Shown piece after piece: positions 1 through 13,731 of a stretch of DNA of 64,000 bases. The number at the start of each line of letters is the position of its first letter. Position 1 is the stretch's first letter. A model generated the notes under the pieces. It ran no database searches. It worked only from the letters and a program-made list of their open reading frames with translations, and was not told where the DNA came from. This DNA comes from Abditibacterium sp. (GTDB taxonomy: Bacteria; Armatimonadota; Abditibacteriia; Abditibacteriales; Abditibacteriaceae), in NCBI GenBank assembly GCA_965246885.1, contig OZ251992.1, positions 3,136,001 through 3,200,000 of the forward strand. Direction: 5' to 3'. A program made the position numbers and the translations under genes.

Positions 1-2
1 GC

Positions 3-932
3 CGCGCCGCCACCGACGCCGAAAAAGCGGCGCTCACGCAGCATCTGGGCGCCGACTGGCTCCCGACCGACGGCGAAAGTCGTGCCCTCGATTATGCCGC
101 GTCCGTGTTGGTGCCGCGCCATTTGGCCGACGTGCGACAGGAACGCTGGGCGCGCATAGACAAAACGCGCGCCGCCGTGACGGAGCGTTTGACCAAGGAA
201 ATCGCTTACTGGGACGGGCGCGCCCTCGAACTGCGCGCCGGAGAAGAAGCAGGGAAAAGCAACGCCAAGCTCAACTCCGCCCAAGCCCGCGCCCGCGCCG
301 ACGACCTCGAAGCCCGGTTAAAGCACCGTTTGGAATCGCTCGAACGCGAGCGCCACCTGTCGGCGCGGCCCCCCATCGTAGTGGGCGGCGCCGTCGTCGT
401 GCCACTTTCACTCGTCCAAGCCGCCACGCGCGCCCCTGCCCAATCGAGTAGCCCCAACGACGAGCCGTCCGCGTCCAAGCCCGCGCCGCCCAAAGAAGAA
501 CCGCCGCTCGATCCCGAACTGCGCCACAAACTCGACCAACTCGCCATCGCAACCGCCCTCGCAACCGAGCGCGCCTTTGGCCACGCGCCGACCGAAATGG
601 ATCACAACCACCCCGGCTACGACATCGAATCGCGCGACGGCGAAACCGGACGGCTGCGCTTTTTGGAAGTCAAGGGCAAACTCGCCGAATACGGCACAGT
701 TACCGTTTCGCGCACCCAAATCCTCACCGCCCTCAACAGCCCCGACGACTGGTTTTTGGTCGTCGTGCCCATCGAACGGGCGGGCGAAGGCGACGCAGAA
801 ACGCTCACCCCCGGCGAGCCGTTCTACCTGCAACGCCCCTTCTCCAAGGAACCCGACTTCGCCGCCACGAGCGTGAATTTTGACCTGCACGCCCTGCTCG
901 GCGGCAACAGCGAGGGAAGCAACATTTTGTGA
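3..932 (+). CDS. C-terminal part of SNF2-type helicase with DUF3883 (NO VEIN-like) nuclease domain; 5' truncated by window
   Basis: Frame open from base 3; coiled-coil 'RLTKEIAYWD...RLESLERERHL' then 'PGYDIES...RFLEVKG...TVSRTQI' PD-(D/E)xK-type motif; upstream of DUF1156 and DUF499 genes. Confidence 0.85.
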   Translation, partial: RAATDAEKAALTQHLGADWLPTDGESRALDYAASVLVPRHLADVRQERWARIDKTRAAVTERLTKEIAYWDGRALELRAGEEAGKSNAKLNSAQARARADDLEARLKHRLESLERERHLSARPPIVVGGAVVVPLSLVQAATRAPAQSSSPNDEPSASKPAPPKEEPPLDPELRHKLDQLAIATALATERAFGHAPTEMDHNHPGYDIESRDGETGRLRFLEVKGKLAEYGTVTVSRTQILTALNSPDDWFLVVVPIERAGEGDAETLTPGEPFYLQRPFSKEPDFAATSVNFDLHALLGGNSEGSNIL

Positions 933-960
933 AGGGGTAAAAAGGCTACTCAAGCTATCT

Positions 961-1734
961 CTAAGCGGGCACGACATCCTTTTTCGTGCGCGCCAGATAC
1001 ACGACGAGGGCGAGGATGGCGGCGAGGAAAAGGAAACTCGTGCCGACGGTGCCCAAACCCATGCCGCCGTCGGCGTGGGACTGGGAAAGCAGATCGCCGA
1101 TGGACGCGCCAAGCGGTCGGGTGAGGATGTAGGCCGCCCAAAACGCGAAAATGGCGTTGAGTTTCAGGCCGCGCCCCAATGCAACGAAACCAATCAGCGC
1201 AGCGAAGAGGACGACGGAGCGCGGATAGCCCAAGTGGAAATGCTCGCCGACCAAATCGCCCGCCGCCGTGCCGAGCGCGAACGTCCACAAGATGGCGCTC
1301 CAATAAAACGCCTCGCGGCGCGTCGTGGTGATGGAGTGAACGGACAAGGTGCCTTCAACGCGGCCCCACACGGCGAAGGTGAGCGCCAGCAGAACGCTGA
1401 ACGCGATAGTCGAAGTGACGAGCGAGACGTGGAAATTGTCGCTCAGGTTGTCGGTAATGAGCGTGCCGACGACGCTTAGGAGGACGACGGCCATCCAATA
1501 CAGCCCGACGACATAGCGCCGCGCGCGGAACTGGAACGCGAGCGCGACGACGAGGAGCGCGCCCATGATAAGCGTGGTGCCCGTCAGCCCGACGTGCAAG
1601 TTCATGTTGAGGAAGTCGGCGAAAGTCTCGCCGACTGTCGTGCAAAGAATCTTAATCACCCAAAAAGTGAGCGTAACTTCCGGCACTTTGTTGAGCATCG
1701 CCCGCGCGGTCGCGGGGGTTGGAAGCGAGTTCAT
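961..1734 (-). CDS. COG4705/DUF347 family multi-pass membrane protein (start uncertain, 1734 or 1698)
   Basis: 'LNKVPEVTLTFWVIKILCTTVGETFAD', 'GTAAGD', 'TRPLGASIGD'; many hydrophobic segments. Confidence 0.85.
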   Translation of the reverse strand: MNSLPTPATARAMLNKVPEVTLTFWVIKILCTTVGETFADFLNMNLHVGLTGTTLIMGALLVVALAFQFRARRYVVGLYWMAVVLLSVVGTLITDNLSDNFHVSLVTSTIAFSVLLALTFAVWGRVEGTLSVHSITTTRREAFYWSAILWTFALGTAAGDLVGEHFHLGYPRSVVLFAALIGFVALGRGLKLNAIFAFWAAYILTRPLGASIGDLLSQSHADGGMGLGTVGTSFLFLAAILALVVYLARTKKDVVPA

Positions 1735-1875
1735 GGAGGGGGCAGACGGCGGGCGGGCGGCGCCGGGTTCACTCAACCGAGCGAACATAGGAACTATCCC
1801 AAGGAAGCAAGTCGGGGACGGCGCTCAAAAGTGCAAACTGTGCGCGTCCCCCCCCCAGCAGGGCGGCCATTTTCC

Positions 1876-4681
1876 ATGCCCACGAAAAAGCTCATCGAAG
1901 TCGCTTTGCCGCTTGAAAAGATCAACGAGGCGGCGGCGAAGGAGAAATCCATCCGGCATGGGCATCCTTCGACGCTGCATTTGTGGTGGGCGCGGCGACC
2001 TTTGGCGGCGTGTCGGGCGGTGCTGTTCGCTTCGATTGTGGACGACCCGTCGTCGCACCCCGACCGCTTTCCGACCGAGGAACTCCAAGAAGCGGAGCGG
2101 CGACGCTTGTTCGACATCATCGAACGAATGGTGCCTTGGGAGAACTCGAACGACCCGCACGTCCTGAAAGAAGTGCGCGACGAGATAATGAAGGCGACGG
2201 GTGGGCACCCGCCCGCCGTGCTTGACCCGTTCTGCGGCGGCGGTTCGATACCCCTCGAAGCGCAGCGATTGGGGTTGGAAGCGCACGGCTCGGATTTGAA
2301 TCCGGTCGCGGTGCTGATTACCAAGGCGCTCATCGAAATCCCGCCGCGCTTTGCGAATCGGCGCCCCGTCAACCCCGACGAGCAGACCGCCGCCAAAACG
2401 CACGACTGGACGGGCGCCAAAGGGTTGGCGGCGGACGTGCGCTACTACGGGAACTGGATGCGCGAGGAAGCCCAGAAACGAATCGGCCACTTGTATCCCA
2501 AAGCGACGTTGCCAAGCGGCGAAGAAGCGACGGTCATCGCGTGGTTGTGGGCGCGCACCGTCCCGTGTTCCAACCCGGCGTGTGGCGCGCGGATGCCGCT
2601 CGTCCGTTCCTTCGCGCTTTCGACCAAACCGGGCAAAGCGGCGTGGGTCGAAACGAGCGTCCTCCGCCCCGACGGGGCGCGGCCCCAAGTCACCTTCGCG
2701 GTGGCGACGGGAGCCAGCGTGCCCGCCGACAAACTGGAGGGCACCGTCAACCGCCAAGGCGCGACGTGCTTGTGTTGCGGCACGCACACCGGCTTCCCGC
2801 ACGTGCGCGCCCAAGGCAAAGCCGGACACATGGACGCGCAACTCATGGCCATCGTCGCCGAAGGCACCCGCACCCGCATTTATCTGGCGCCCACCCCCGA
2901 ACACGAAGCAACTGCGCGCGCGGCAGTGCCGGGGTGGAAACCGGAGGTCGCATTGCCCAATAACCCGCGCAACTTCAACACGCCAATTTACGGGTTGGAT
3001 ACGTTCGATAAGCTCTTCACTGCCCGCCAACTCATCGCGCTGACGACATTCTCGGATTTAGTGGGCGAAGCGAAAAGGAAAGTCGAAGCGGATATAATGG
3101 CCAATAACGTGCCCCCCCCCCCCCTACATTTTTCCCCATTCAGACGCGGCGTTATCTGAAGGCGGCGATGGCCCTGCGGCTTACGCCGAAGCGGTGTCAT
3201 TGTATCTGGCTTTCGCCGTAGATAAATGCAGCGACTACTGGTCGTCTCTCTGCTCATGGCATCAGAGCGGAGAGAAAATGAGAAACACCTTTTCACGCCA
3301 AGCCCTTGCTATGGTTTGGGACTACGCGGAAAATAATTCCTTTTGTGATTCATCAGGCAATTGGATGGCTATGGTAGATTGGTGTTGGAAGTGTGTGGAG
3401 CGCCTCCCATCAGAGAAAATGGGGATGGTTAACCAGCAAGATGCTACCCAGTTCACCGCCAACGCGCCGCTCATCTCCACTGACCCGCCTTACTACGACA
3501 ACATCGGCTACGCCGAACTGAGCGACTTCTTCTATGTGTGGCTGCGCCGCTCGCTCGGCGACGTATTTCCCGACTTGTGCGGCACGCTTCAAACGCCCAA
3601 GACGCCGGAGCTTGTGGCTACTCCTTACCGTTTCGGCGGCTCGCGCGCTAAGGCAGAAGCGTTCTTCGAGGAGGGGCTGGGCAAGGCGTTTGTGCAGATG
3701 CGCGCGAACGTCCATCCCGATTATCCGCTCACGGTCTATTACGCCTTCAAGCAAGCGGAGACGGTAGACGAGCAAGGCACGGCTTCGACCGGATGGGAAA
3801 CGATGCTGGCCGGTCTGATTCGTGCGGGGTTCCAAATCACCGGGACTTGGCCGATGCGCTCGGAAATGGCGAACCGGATGATTGCCTCAGATGCCAACGC
3901 TCTTGCGTCGTCCATTGTGCTGGTTTGTCGCCCGCGCGCGGACGATGCGGCGAGCATTACGCGGACGCAGTTTTTGCGCGAATTGCGGCGCGAGTTGCCC
4001 GAAGCGTTGCGGACGATGCAGCATGGCAACATCGCCCCGGTGGATTTTGCGCAAAGCGCCATCGGGCCGGGGATGGGCGTGTTTTCGCGCTATAAAGCCG
4101 TGCGCGAACTCGACGGCAAGCCGCTTTCCATCCGCGCCGCGCTGTCCATCATCAACCAAACGCTCGATGAAGTGCTGAGCGAACAAGAGGGCGACAGCGA
4201 CCCCGAAACGCGCTGGGCCATCGCGTGGTTCTCGCAAAACGGCTGGAACGAGGGCGCTTATGGTCTCGCGGAAATACTCTCGACCGCCAAAGGCACGGCT
4301 GTCGTCGGGTTGGTCGAAGCGGGCGTGGCGCTGTCGCGCGGCGGCAAAGTGCGCCTCGTGCCGCGCGACGAACTGCCCGCCGACTGGAACCCCGCGCAGG
4401 ACAAACGCTTGACCGTGTGGGAAACCGCGCAGCACCTCATCCGCGCCCTCGACCAAACCGGCGAAAGCGGCGCCGCCCGGTTACTCGCGCGCTTGTGCGA
4501 GGGCAACGCCGAAACCGCCGACCTCGCCCGCGACCTCGCTTACCGCCTCTATTCGCTGTGCGAACGCAAAAAGTGGGCGAGCGAGGCGCTCGCGCTCAAC
4601 TCCCTCGTCATCGCGTGGCCCCAAATCCAAGCGCTCTCGAAGGCAGCGCCGACGCCGATGCAGGGGGAGTTGGAGTTATGA
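1876..4681 (+). pseudogene. DUF1156 family adenine DNA methyltransferase, frameshifted at C13 tract (phase-OFF allele or sequence error)
   Basis: 'KKLIEVALPL...HGHPSTLHLWWARRPLAA', motif I 'DPFCGGGSIP', Zn cysteines; stop at 3159; second frame carries 'AYAEAVSLYLAFAVD' and catalytic 'TDPPYYDNI'; deleting one C from 3112-3124 gives a single 934-aa ORF. Confidence 0.9.
3112..3124 (+). repeat. C13 homopolymer at the methyltransferase frameshift
   Basis: gtg-CCCCCCCCCCCCC-tacatt read directly. Confidence 0.95.
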
Positions 4682-4682
4682 G

Positions 4683-4787
4683 AGCGAATGAATTCGCAGC
4701 CAGCAAAGTCGTCGGCCTTCGCCGACGTAGAACTTGCCACCCCGTCGGCGAAGGCCGACGACTTTGCTGGCTGCGAATTCATTCGCT
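4683..4787. repeat. REPIN-like nested-palindrome hairpin, copy 1
   Basis: 45-bp perfect inverted arms 4683-4727 and 4743-4787, 15-nt loop. Confidence 0.95.
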
Positions 4788-4825
4788 GAAACATCTTCCA
4801 ATCAACACCCGACCCATCCATTCTC

Positions 4826-8158
<3,333 letters not shown>

Positions 8159-8178
8159 AAACTCGCGGCAGGAGGCCG

Positions 8179-10389
8179 CTACTTTTGCGGCTCTACGACC
8201 AGTAAGGTCACGGCGCGCGGGCGCAGGCTCACGTTCATCTGGCCGTTCACAACGGGCGGCGCGGGGACGGTTTCCAATTCGGCATGCGCCACGCCTGCAT
8301 CGCGCGCGTTGGAGTGCGCATCATCCACGAGATACTGCGTCACTTTAAACCGCTTGTTGCCCATCGCGGGGAGTTTGACCGTCACAACGGGCGAGGAATC
8401 CTTACGATAGCTCCAATGCGACAGCAAAATGGTGAGGCGCCCCGTCTTGTCGCGCGAAGCGATTTGCCAAACGCCCGGCACGCCGTCATACGTCGTTGCC
8501 ACCACTTGCGGCGCCATGCGGTTCCACATCCGAAAGACGTTCATGTTCGCCCAAGGGTAGGTGGGCGCGACCAAACCGGACGAGTCCCAGCCCGTCGCTT
8601 CGACGGGCGCGACTGGATTGGTGAAGATGGACAGCTTCACGCCCGCTTGCTGCATCTCAATCAGGCTGGCGCCCACAAACGCGGCATGGAAGTCGTTGGT
8701 ATGGTAGTGCTGCTGGCTAAACGGCGCGTAGCCGGTGCCATCCAAGTTGTTGCCCTGCCACGTCCACTCGCCGTTGATGAGCGCAGGCACTTTGGGCAAG
8801 CCATACTGCTTCGCCCAGACCGCGTTCTGGGTGTTGGCATGCGAGAACTCGGTCAACTCGCCCAGATAGTAGTGCCACGAGATGAAGTCAAGGGGCAGCT
8901 TGTTCGCGGCGCAGTACTTGATGAGACCCTCGTTCCAGTCGGCTTTATACTCCCCCGTCTCCGGCCCGCCCACTTGTAAAGAGGCGTCCACCCCCTTGAC
9001 GGCGCGGGCGCACGCATCGTAGACCTTGAGGTAGTCCTCCAACTTGGCCGAAAAGAAACCGGGGCCGTCCGGCTCATTCCAGACCCCCCAATACGGCACG
9101 CGGTCGCCGCGCTCCTTGACAACATGGTGCACCAAGTCCCCCACGAGGGCGCCAAAGGCCGCCATGTCGTTGGGCACTTCCGGCGTGAAGCCCGACCAGC
9201 CCGACCGGGCTTCGGGGTTTTTCAGATAGTCCGCGTTAAAAGGCGGCGTTTTGCCGCCCAAGATTTCCGGCGTCGAGTCAATCGAGATATACGGCATGAC
9301 GCCCAGCTTCTTGTAGTAGTCGAACGTCCGGTCTACCACCGTCCAATCGTATGCGTATTTGCCCGACGCGCCCGCCGCCGGATGCGCGGCATCGGGGGCG
9401 CCCGCTTTGATGGGCGTGGCGGTGAGCATCTTATCGGTTCGCATGACGCGCAGGATACCTTGGCCCATCTTCGCCGTTTTGTCGTCGGTGTAGTAGTGCA
9501 ACCCGCCGAGCAGATGCTGCTCGATGGCGACCCCCGTCTCCTGCCCCGAAACCGTCAGGGTATTTGGCGTGGCAATGTTGGCCGCCCGTTCGCCGAGAAC
9601 GCGCGCGCGGCGCGAAATGCGCAGGTCGGACACCGTCAACCCGTTACTTCCCCGTCCGATTGCCCCGCCGATGCACAGCCCGTCTCCCCTTCCTGCATCC
9701 GACCAAATGCGCGGCGCGGGAATCCCTTTCGCTTCGTCCGACAACGCGCCGTCCACATAAAAGCGCAGCGTCCCGTTCTTGAAGGTCGTGGCGATGTTGT
9801 GCCACTCGTTCGCCGCCCAAGGGTGCGCTTGCAGACTGTATTCCAAGCGCTGACTCACGGGCGTGGGGGCTTGGTTGTGGCGAAAATCCATCGTCAGCTT
9901 GTGGTAGGCGAACTCGTATTGCAACCACACAGCGCTATGCTCGTTGAGAATGGCGAGCGGCATTTTGCCGTTGAGGGTGTCCGCAGGGACATCGCTTTTC
10001 ACCCAGTATTCGACTGTCCACTCGTCGGGGGAAATGAGGCCTGTTGCGGGCGTCCAAGCGTAGCCGTAGTCGCCCGTGATGGACTTATAGCCGCGCCGGA
10101 ACTTGCCGTCCACAACCGCGACTTTGTCGCTCAGCTTAAAGCCCGCGTTGACGTTGCCCGCCATCAGGCCACCTTCACCCGGTTTCCACTTCGCTTCCTC
10201 GTCGGCGTCGAGCAAAAACAGCGTGTCCGCCTCGCGCTCCTGCTTTTCGAGCGGGTTCCAAGGCGCGCTTTGGGCCGTTGCGGTGGAAGCGGTCTGCGGC
10301 ATGCCAAAGGGCTTGGGTGCCGCGCTTCCACAACCGGCGGTGAGACACAAAACGCCCATCGAGAGGGCCAGAAAGGAGGAGTTTTTCAT
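8179..10389 (-). CDS. GH39-family glycoside hydrolase with LamG-like domain, putative lipoprotein
   Basis: Lipobox 'LTAGC'; LamG-like 'WTVEYWVK...WHNIATT...RFYVDG'; 'WNEPD', 'PLDFISWH', 'LINGEW'. Confidence 0.8.
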   Translation of the reverse strand: MKNSSFLALSMGVLCLTAGCGSAAPKPFGMPQTASTATAQSAPWNPLEKQEREADTLFLLDADEEAKWKPGEGGLMAGNVNAGFKLSDKVAVVDGKFRRGYKSITGDYGYAWTPATGLISPDEWTVEYWVKSDVPADTLNGKMPLAILNEHSAVWLQYEFAYHKLTMDFRHNQAPTPVSQRLEYSLQAHPWAANEWHNIATTFKNGTLRFYVDGALSDEAKGIPAPRIWSDAGRGDGLCIGGAIGRGSNGLTVSDLRISRRARVLGERAANIATPNTLTVSGQETGVAIEQHLLGGLHYYTDDKTAKMGQGILRVMRTDKMLTATPIKAGAPDAAHPAAGASGKYAYDWTVVDRTFDYYKKLGVMPYISIDSTPEILGGKTPPFNADYLKNPEARSGWSGFTPEVPNDMAAFGALVGDLVHHVVKERGDRVPYWGVWNEPDGPGFFSAKLEDYLKVYDACARAVKGVDASLQVGGPETGEYKADWNEGLIKYCAANKLPLDFISWHYYLGELTEFSHANTQNAVWAKQYGLPKVPALINGEWTWQGNNLDGTGYAPFSQQHYHTNDFHAAFVGASLIEMQQAGVKLSIFTNPVAPVEATGWDSSGLVAPTYPWANMNVFRMWNRMAPQVVATTYDGVPGVWQIASRDKTGRLTILLSHWSYRKDSSPVVTVKLPAMGNKRFKVTQYLVDDAHSNARDAGVAHAELETVPAPPVVNGQMNVSLRPRAVTLLVVEPQK

Positions 10390-10475
10390 AGTTCAGAGGT
10401 AAGCCAGAGAAAGTAAGACCGCATCCTGTCGCGGAGGTGGCGCAGCTTTCTTCCCGCCGTAGTCTCGAACTGTTC

Positions 10476-10538
10476 CGCCGCCCTCTGGGAATCAGTCGCC
10501 GCCCTCTGGGAATCAGTCACCGATGGCGGGGAAGCGGG
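10476..10538 (-). repeat. 21-bp unit array, locus A
   Basis: cgccgccctctgggaatcagt x2 plus a degenerate unit; contains the GT4 stop codon. Confidence 0.8.
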
Positions 10539-11754
10539 GAGAGACGACGCTTTCCAACCGCGCGACGACGCGGGCGCAGTTGCGGCGGGCATCGCACAGG
10601 TCGAGGGCGCGCGCATGCAAGCCGCGCCCCAATTGCGCGCGAAAATCGGCGTCGCGGCCCCACGACGCGAGGGTGCGGCCCATCGCGGCAGTGTCGCCCC
10701 ACCCGACAACGGCGCCGCCGGTTTGTCCGACGAGTTCTTCGGCGCCACCCGCTCCGCCAAAGCACGCGACCGGCACGCCCTGCGCGCCCGCTTCGACGGC
10801 CACAAGGGGAAAGGGGTCTTCGCGCGAGGATAAACAGAAGGCGTCCAACCCCGCGAAGAACCGCTTTGGCTCGGCGGACGCGGGCAAAAAGTGCACGCGC
10901 CCGTCCAAGCCATAGCCTTCGACGTCGCGCTTCAAGGCGCGCGCCCAAGCGTCCTCGCCGCCGCCGAGCCAAACGAAGTGCATTGGTGCAGGCGATTTGC
11001 GCGCGTTGGGCGCGACGCCAAGGGCGTAAAAGGCGCTTTGCACCCACCAATCGGCGCCCTTACGATGCTCGACAGTGCCGCATCCGCCCACTAAAACGGC
11101 GTCATCGGGCGCCCCGATGCGCGCCCTTAACTGGCGCCGCGCTTCGTCTTTATCGGTTTCAAGCGCCGCAAAGTCGAGCCACTCATAAACCACTTCTATC
11201 CGCTCCGGCGCGACGCCCCCCCCGACTAACTCGCGCCGCACCGCGTCGGAGGCCGCGAAGAAAAAGTCGCCGCGCGCCCGCAAAAAATCCCATCCGGGTT
11301 GGTTTTGACTCAAGGCGAAGGCTAACTCGTGAACGTGAACCACCAACTTCGCGCCGCGCCGCAGGAGCGGTTCCAAACCGCGCACCGCCGCGCCCGACGC
11401 GGCGGAGTTGGCATACACGATGTCGAAGCGCCCCAACCCGCGCGCAATGGCGTGGGCGCGGCGCGCGTTGACGCGAACGGCTCCGCTCAACAGCCGCTCC
11501 ACAAGGGCGCGGCGCGGGAAATCAACCTCGCCCAACCGCCGCGACGCGCCCGCCAACTGGGTGGCGCGACGCAACGGTGTGGCGTGTGCAAAGGGCGCGG
11601 CGAAGCGGGCGAACTCGTCGTCCAACGGCCCGCGCCGGGCGGTTAAGATGGTGCTTTGATGCGGCGTTTCCGTCTGGATGAAGCGCAGCAATTGGAGCAA
11701 TACCCCCGCCGCCCCACCGCGACTGGCGGCGTGACTCACGAACAAAATGTTCAT
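10513..11754 (-). CDS. Glycosyltransferase family 4
   Basis: 'MNILFVSH..RGGA', 'HVHE', 'RKG', 'SSREDPFPLVAVEA'. Confidence 0.9.
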   Translation of the reverse strand: MNILFVSHAASRGGAAGVLLQLLRFIQTETPHQSTILTARRGPLDDEFARFAAPFAHATPLRRATQLAGASRRLGEVDFPRRALVERLLSGAVRVNARRAHAIARGLGRFDIVYANSAASGAAVRGLEPLLRRGAKLVVHVHELAFALSQNQPGWDFLRARGDFFFAASDAVRRELVGGGVAPERIEVVYEWLDFAALETDKDEARRQLRARIGAPDDAVLVGGCGTVEHRKGADWWVQSAFYALGVAPNARKSPAPMHFVWLGGGEDAWARALKRDVEGYGLDGRVHFLPASAEPKRFFAGLDAFCLSSREDPFPLVAVEAGAQGVPVACFGGAGGAEELVGQTGGAVVGWGDTAAMGRTLASWGRDADFRAQLGRGLHARALDLCDARRNCARVVARLESVVSPRFPAIGD

Positions 11755-11830
11755 GCTCCCAGTTTCAACAGAAGCGGCGCGGCAGCGCACTTGGGAATGC
11801 CCCGCGCCGCCTTGGTATCCTTATTCGCTC

Positions 11831-12559
11831 ATGGTTTTACCGAACGGTGCGTTCGATGCGCTGATGTGGGGGCTGCTGTTTGGCGCGGCCCTGTTGGACG
11901 GCGCGGCTCCGGTTACGCAGGGGTTCGTGTCGCTGCTTTTAGTTGTCGGCGCGACGTATTGGGCGGCGCAGGAGTTGGCGGAGTTCTTGACGCGGCGCTT
12001 GGGCTGGTCACAGGAATCGCTCGCTACGTCGCTTTCGACGTGTGCCGCCATTTTTCTGTATTTCGTGGCGCGCAACTCGTCGGATTTTTCGTTGCTGGTG
12101 CTGTCCATCGCGCTGATGATGGGGTCGCTGATGGTGACCATCTCCTTTTTGTCCGCCGTCGGGCTGCTGGTGCGCGAAGGGCGCGGCGCGGCGTTGGTGG
12201 GCTGGGTGGTGACGGCGGTGCTCAGCATCGTTTTAGGGGGCGCGGCGGGCGTTGCAGCGATTTTGCTGGGGCAGTCGAGCACGCCGCTTCCGCAGAAGAT
12301 GGGCGTTCTGGTGGGGGCCTTGGTGCTGTGGAAAGTGCGTGAATATCTCGCGCCGCCCCCCGCCAACCCCAACGCGACGACGCCCGCGCGTCCGGCGCTC
12401 TTCCCACAGCGCGGCACGTTGCTGGATAGGCTCATTCCGGTCGCCATTTTGGGTGCGCTGCTCGCGTTGGGCGTGCGTGGAACTTTGTCGCTCAACTCCC
12501 TCAACCAGCCCGCCGTCGCGTCGCAAAGCCAGACGGCGGCACCGGGAAGCGCCCGGTGA
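11831..12559 (+). CDS. Hypothetical multi-pass membrane protein
   Basis: Many hydrophobic segments; stop overlaps dxr start. Confidence 0.75.
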   Translation: MVLPNGAFDALMWGLLFGAALLDGAAPVTQGFVSLLLVVGATYWAAQELAEFLTRRLGWSQESLATSLSTCAAIFLYFVARNSSDFSLLVLSIALMMGSLMVTISFLSAVGLLVREGRGAALVGWVVTAVLSIVLGGAAGVAAILLGQSSTPLPQKMGVLVGALVLWKVREYLAPPPANPNATTPARPALFPQRGTLLDRLIPVAILGALLALGVRGTLSLNSLNQPAVASQSQTAAPGSAR

Positions 12560-13731
12560 CGCGGGTTTCCCTGCTTGGCTCGACCGGCTCGATTGGCACG
12601 CAGGCCCTTGAGGTGGCCCGCGCGTGTCCGGGCGAGTTCGAGATAGTCGCGCTCGCGGCGGGGTCGAATGTCGAGTTACTGGCGCGGCAAGTCATGGAGT
12701 GGAAGCCGCGCATGGCCGTCCTGTTCGACGCGACCAAGTGGCCGGTTTTTCAGGATTTGGTCGGCTCGACGCAAACGCAGTTAGTCGTGGGGATGGACGG
12801 CCTGCTCGAAGCGGCGGCGCTCCCCGAAGCCGACTTGGTGCTGGGCGCGATGTTAGGAGCGGCGGGGTTACGCCCGACGCTGGCCGCCATTGAAGCGGGG
12901 AAAGACGTAGCCATTGCCAATAAAGAGACGCTGGTTGCGGGAGGGCAGGTCGTGATGAGCGCGGCCAGACGGCACGGCGTGCGCTTGTGGCCGGTCGATT
13001 CCGAACACTGTGCCCTCGCCCAGTGTTTGCTCGGCGAAGACCCGGCGACGGTGCGGACGCTTTCCATCACCGCGTCGGGCGGCCCATTTTGGAACAGGAC
13101 GCGCGAAGAGATAGGGGCCGCCCGTCCGGAAGAAGCGCTCCGACATCCGACGTGGACTATGGGCCGCAAGATAACCATTGACTCGGCGACACTGGTGAAC
13201 AAGGGCTTGGAGATGATCGAGGCGCACCATCTGTTCGGCATCCCGATGGAGCAAATCGAGGTGGTGGTGCACCGGCAAAGCATCGTCCATTCGTTCGTGA
13301 CGTTCTCGGACGGGAGCGTGAAAGCGCAACTGGGCCAACCGGACATGAAGCTGCCCATCCAGTGGGGCATGGCGCGCGGACGGCGCGGGGCGCGGGTGGC
13401 GCCGGAGCTTCCGCTCGCAAAGCTGGGCACGCTAACATTTGAGGCGCCCGACGATGCGCGCTTTCCTTCGATTCCGCTCGCGCGCGCGGCAATGCGACTG
13501 GGTGGCCTCGCGCCGTGCGTGTTCAACGCGGCCAACGAAGTGGCGGTCGAAGCGTATTTGGCGAATTCGACGCATTTCTACGGAATTACCGACTGCATCG
13601 CGGCGACTTTGGAACGGTTGCCATCAGCCGCGCGTCCGGGCGAAGTCCTTCGCCTCGACGAGGTGTTAGAAGCCGACGCATGGGCACGCCAAACGGCGCT
13701 TTCCTTGCTTTCAAGTCATCCCGTCTCATGA
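12556..13731 (+). CDS. dxr: 1-deoxy-D-xylulose-5-phosphate reductoisomerase
   Basis: 'LGSTGSIG', 'ANKETLV', 'PVDSEH', 'TASGGPF', 'HPTWTMGRKITIDSAT'. Confidence 0.98.
   Translation: MTRVSLLGSTGSIGTQALEVARACPGEFEIVALAAGSNVELLARQVMEWKPRMAVLFDATKWPVFQDLVGSTQTQLVVGMDGLLEAAALPEADLVLGAMLGAAGLRPTLAAIEAGKDVAIANKETLVAGGQVVMSAARRHGVRLWPVDSEHCALAQCLLGEDPATVRTLSITASGGPFWNRTREEIGAARPEEALRHPTWTMGRKITIDSATLVNKGLEMIEAHHLFGIPMEQIEVVVHRQSIVHSFVTFSDGSVKAQLGQPDMKLPIQWGMARGRRGARVAPELPLAKLGTLTFEAPDDARFPSIPLARAAMRLGGLAPCVFNAANEVAVEAYLANSTHFYGITDCIAATLERLPSAARPGEVLRLDEVLEADAWARQTALSLLSSHPVS

Noticed and set aside
1848..1856. Short C run upstream of the methyltransferase start as a promoter switch
   Set aside because: Only eight C, and no promoter elements could be assigned confidently.
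1594..1875. N-terminal extension of the DUF1156 ORF
   Set aside because: Overlaps the opposite-strand membrane gene; the family signature starts at ATG 1876.
3194..4681. Stand-alone 495-aa methyltransferase
   Set aside because: Lacks motif I, and its frame continues upstream to the C tract with family-like sequence; it is the second half of the DUF1156 gene.
4683..4787. Hairpins as tRNA or simple terminators
   Set aside because: No tRNA arms or CCA and no U tract; copy 4 sits beside a separate true terminator.
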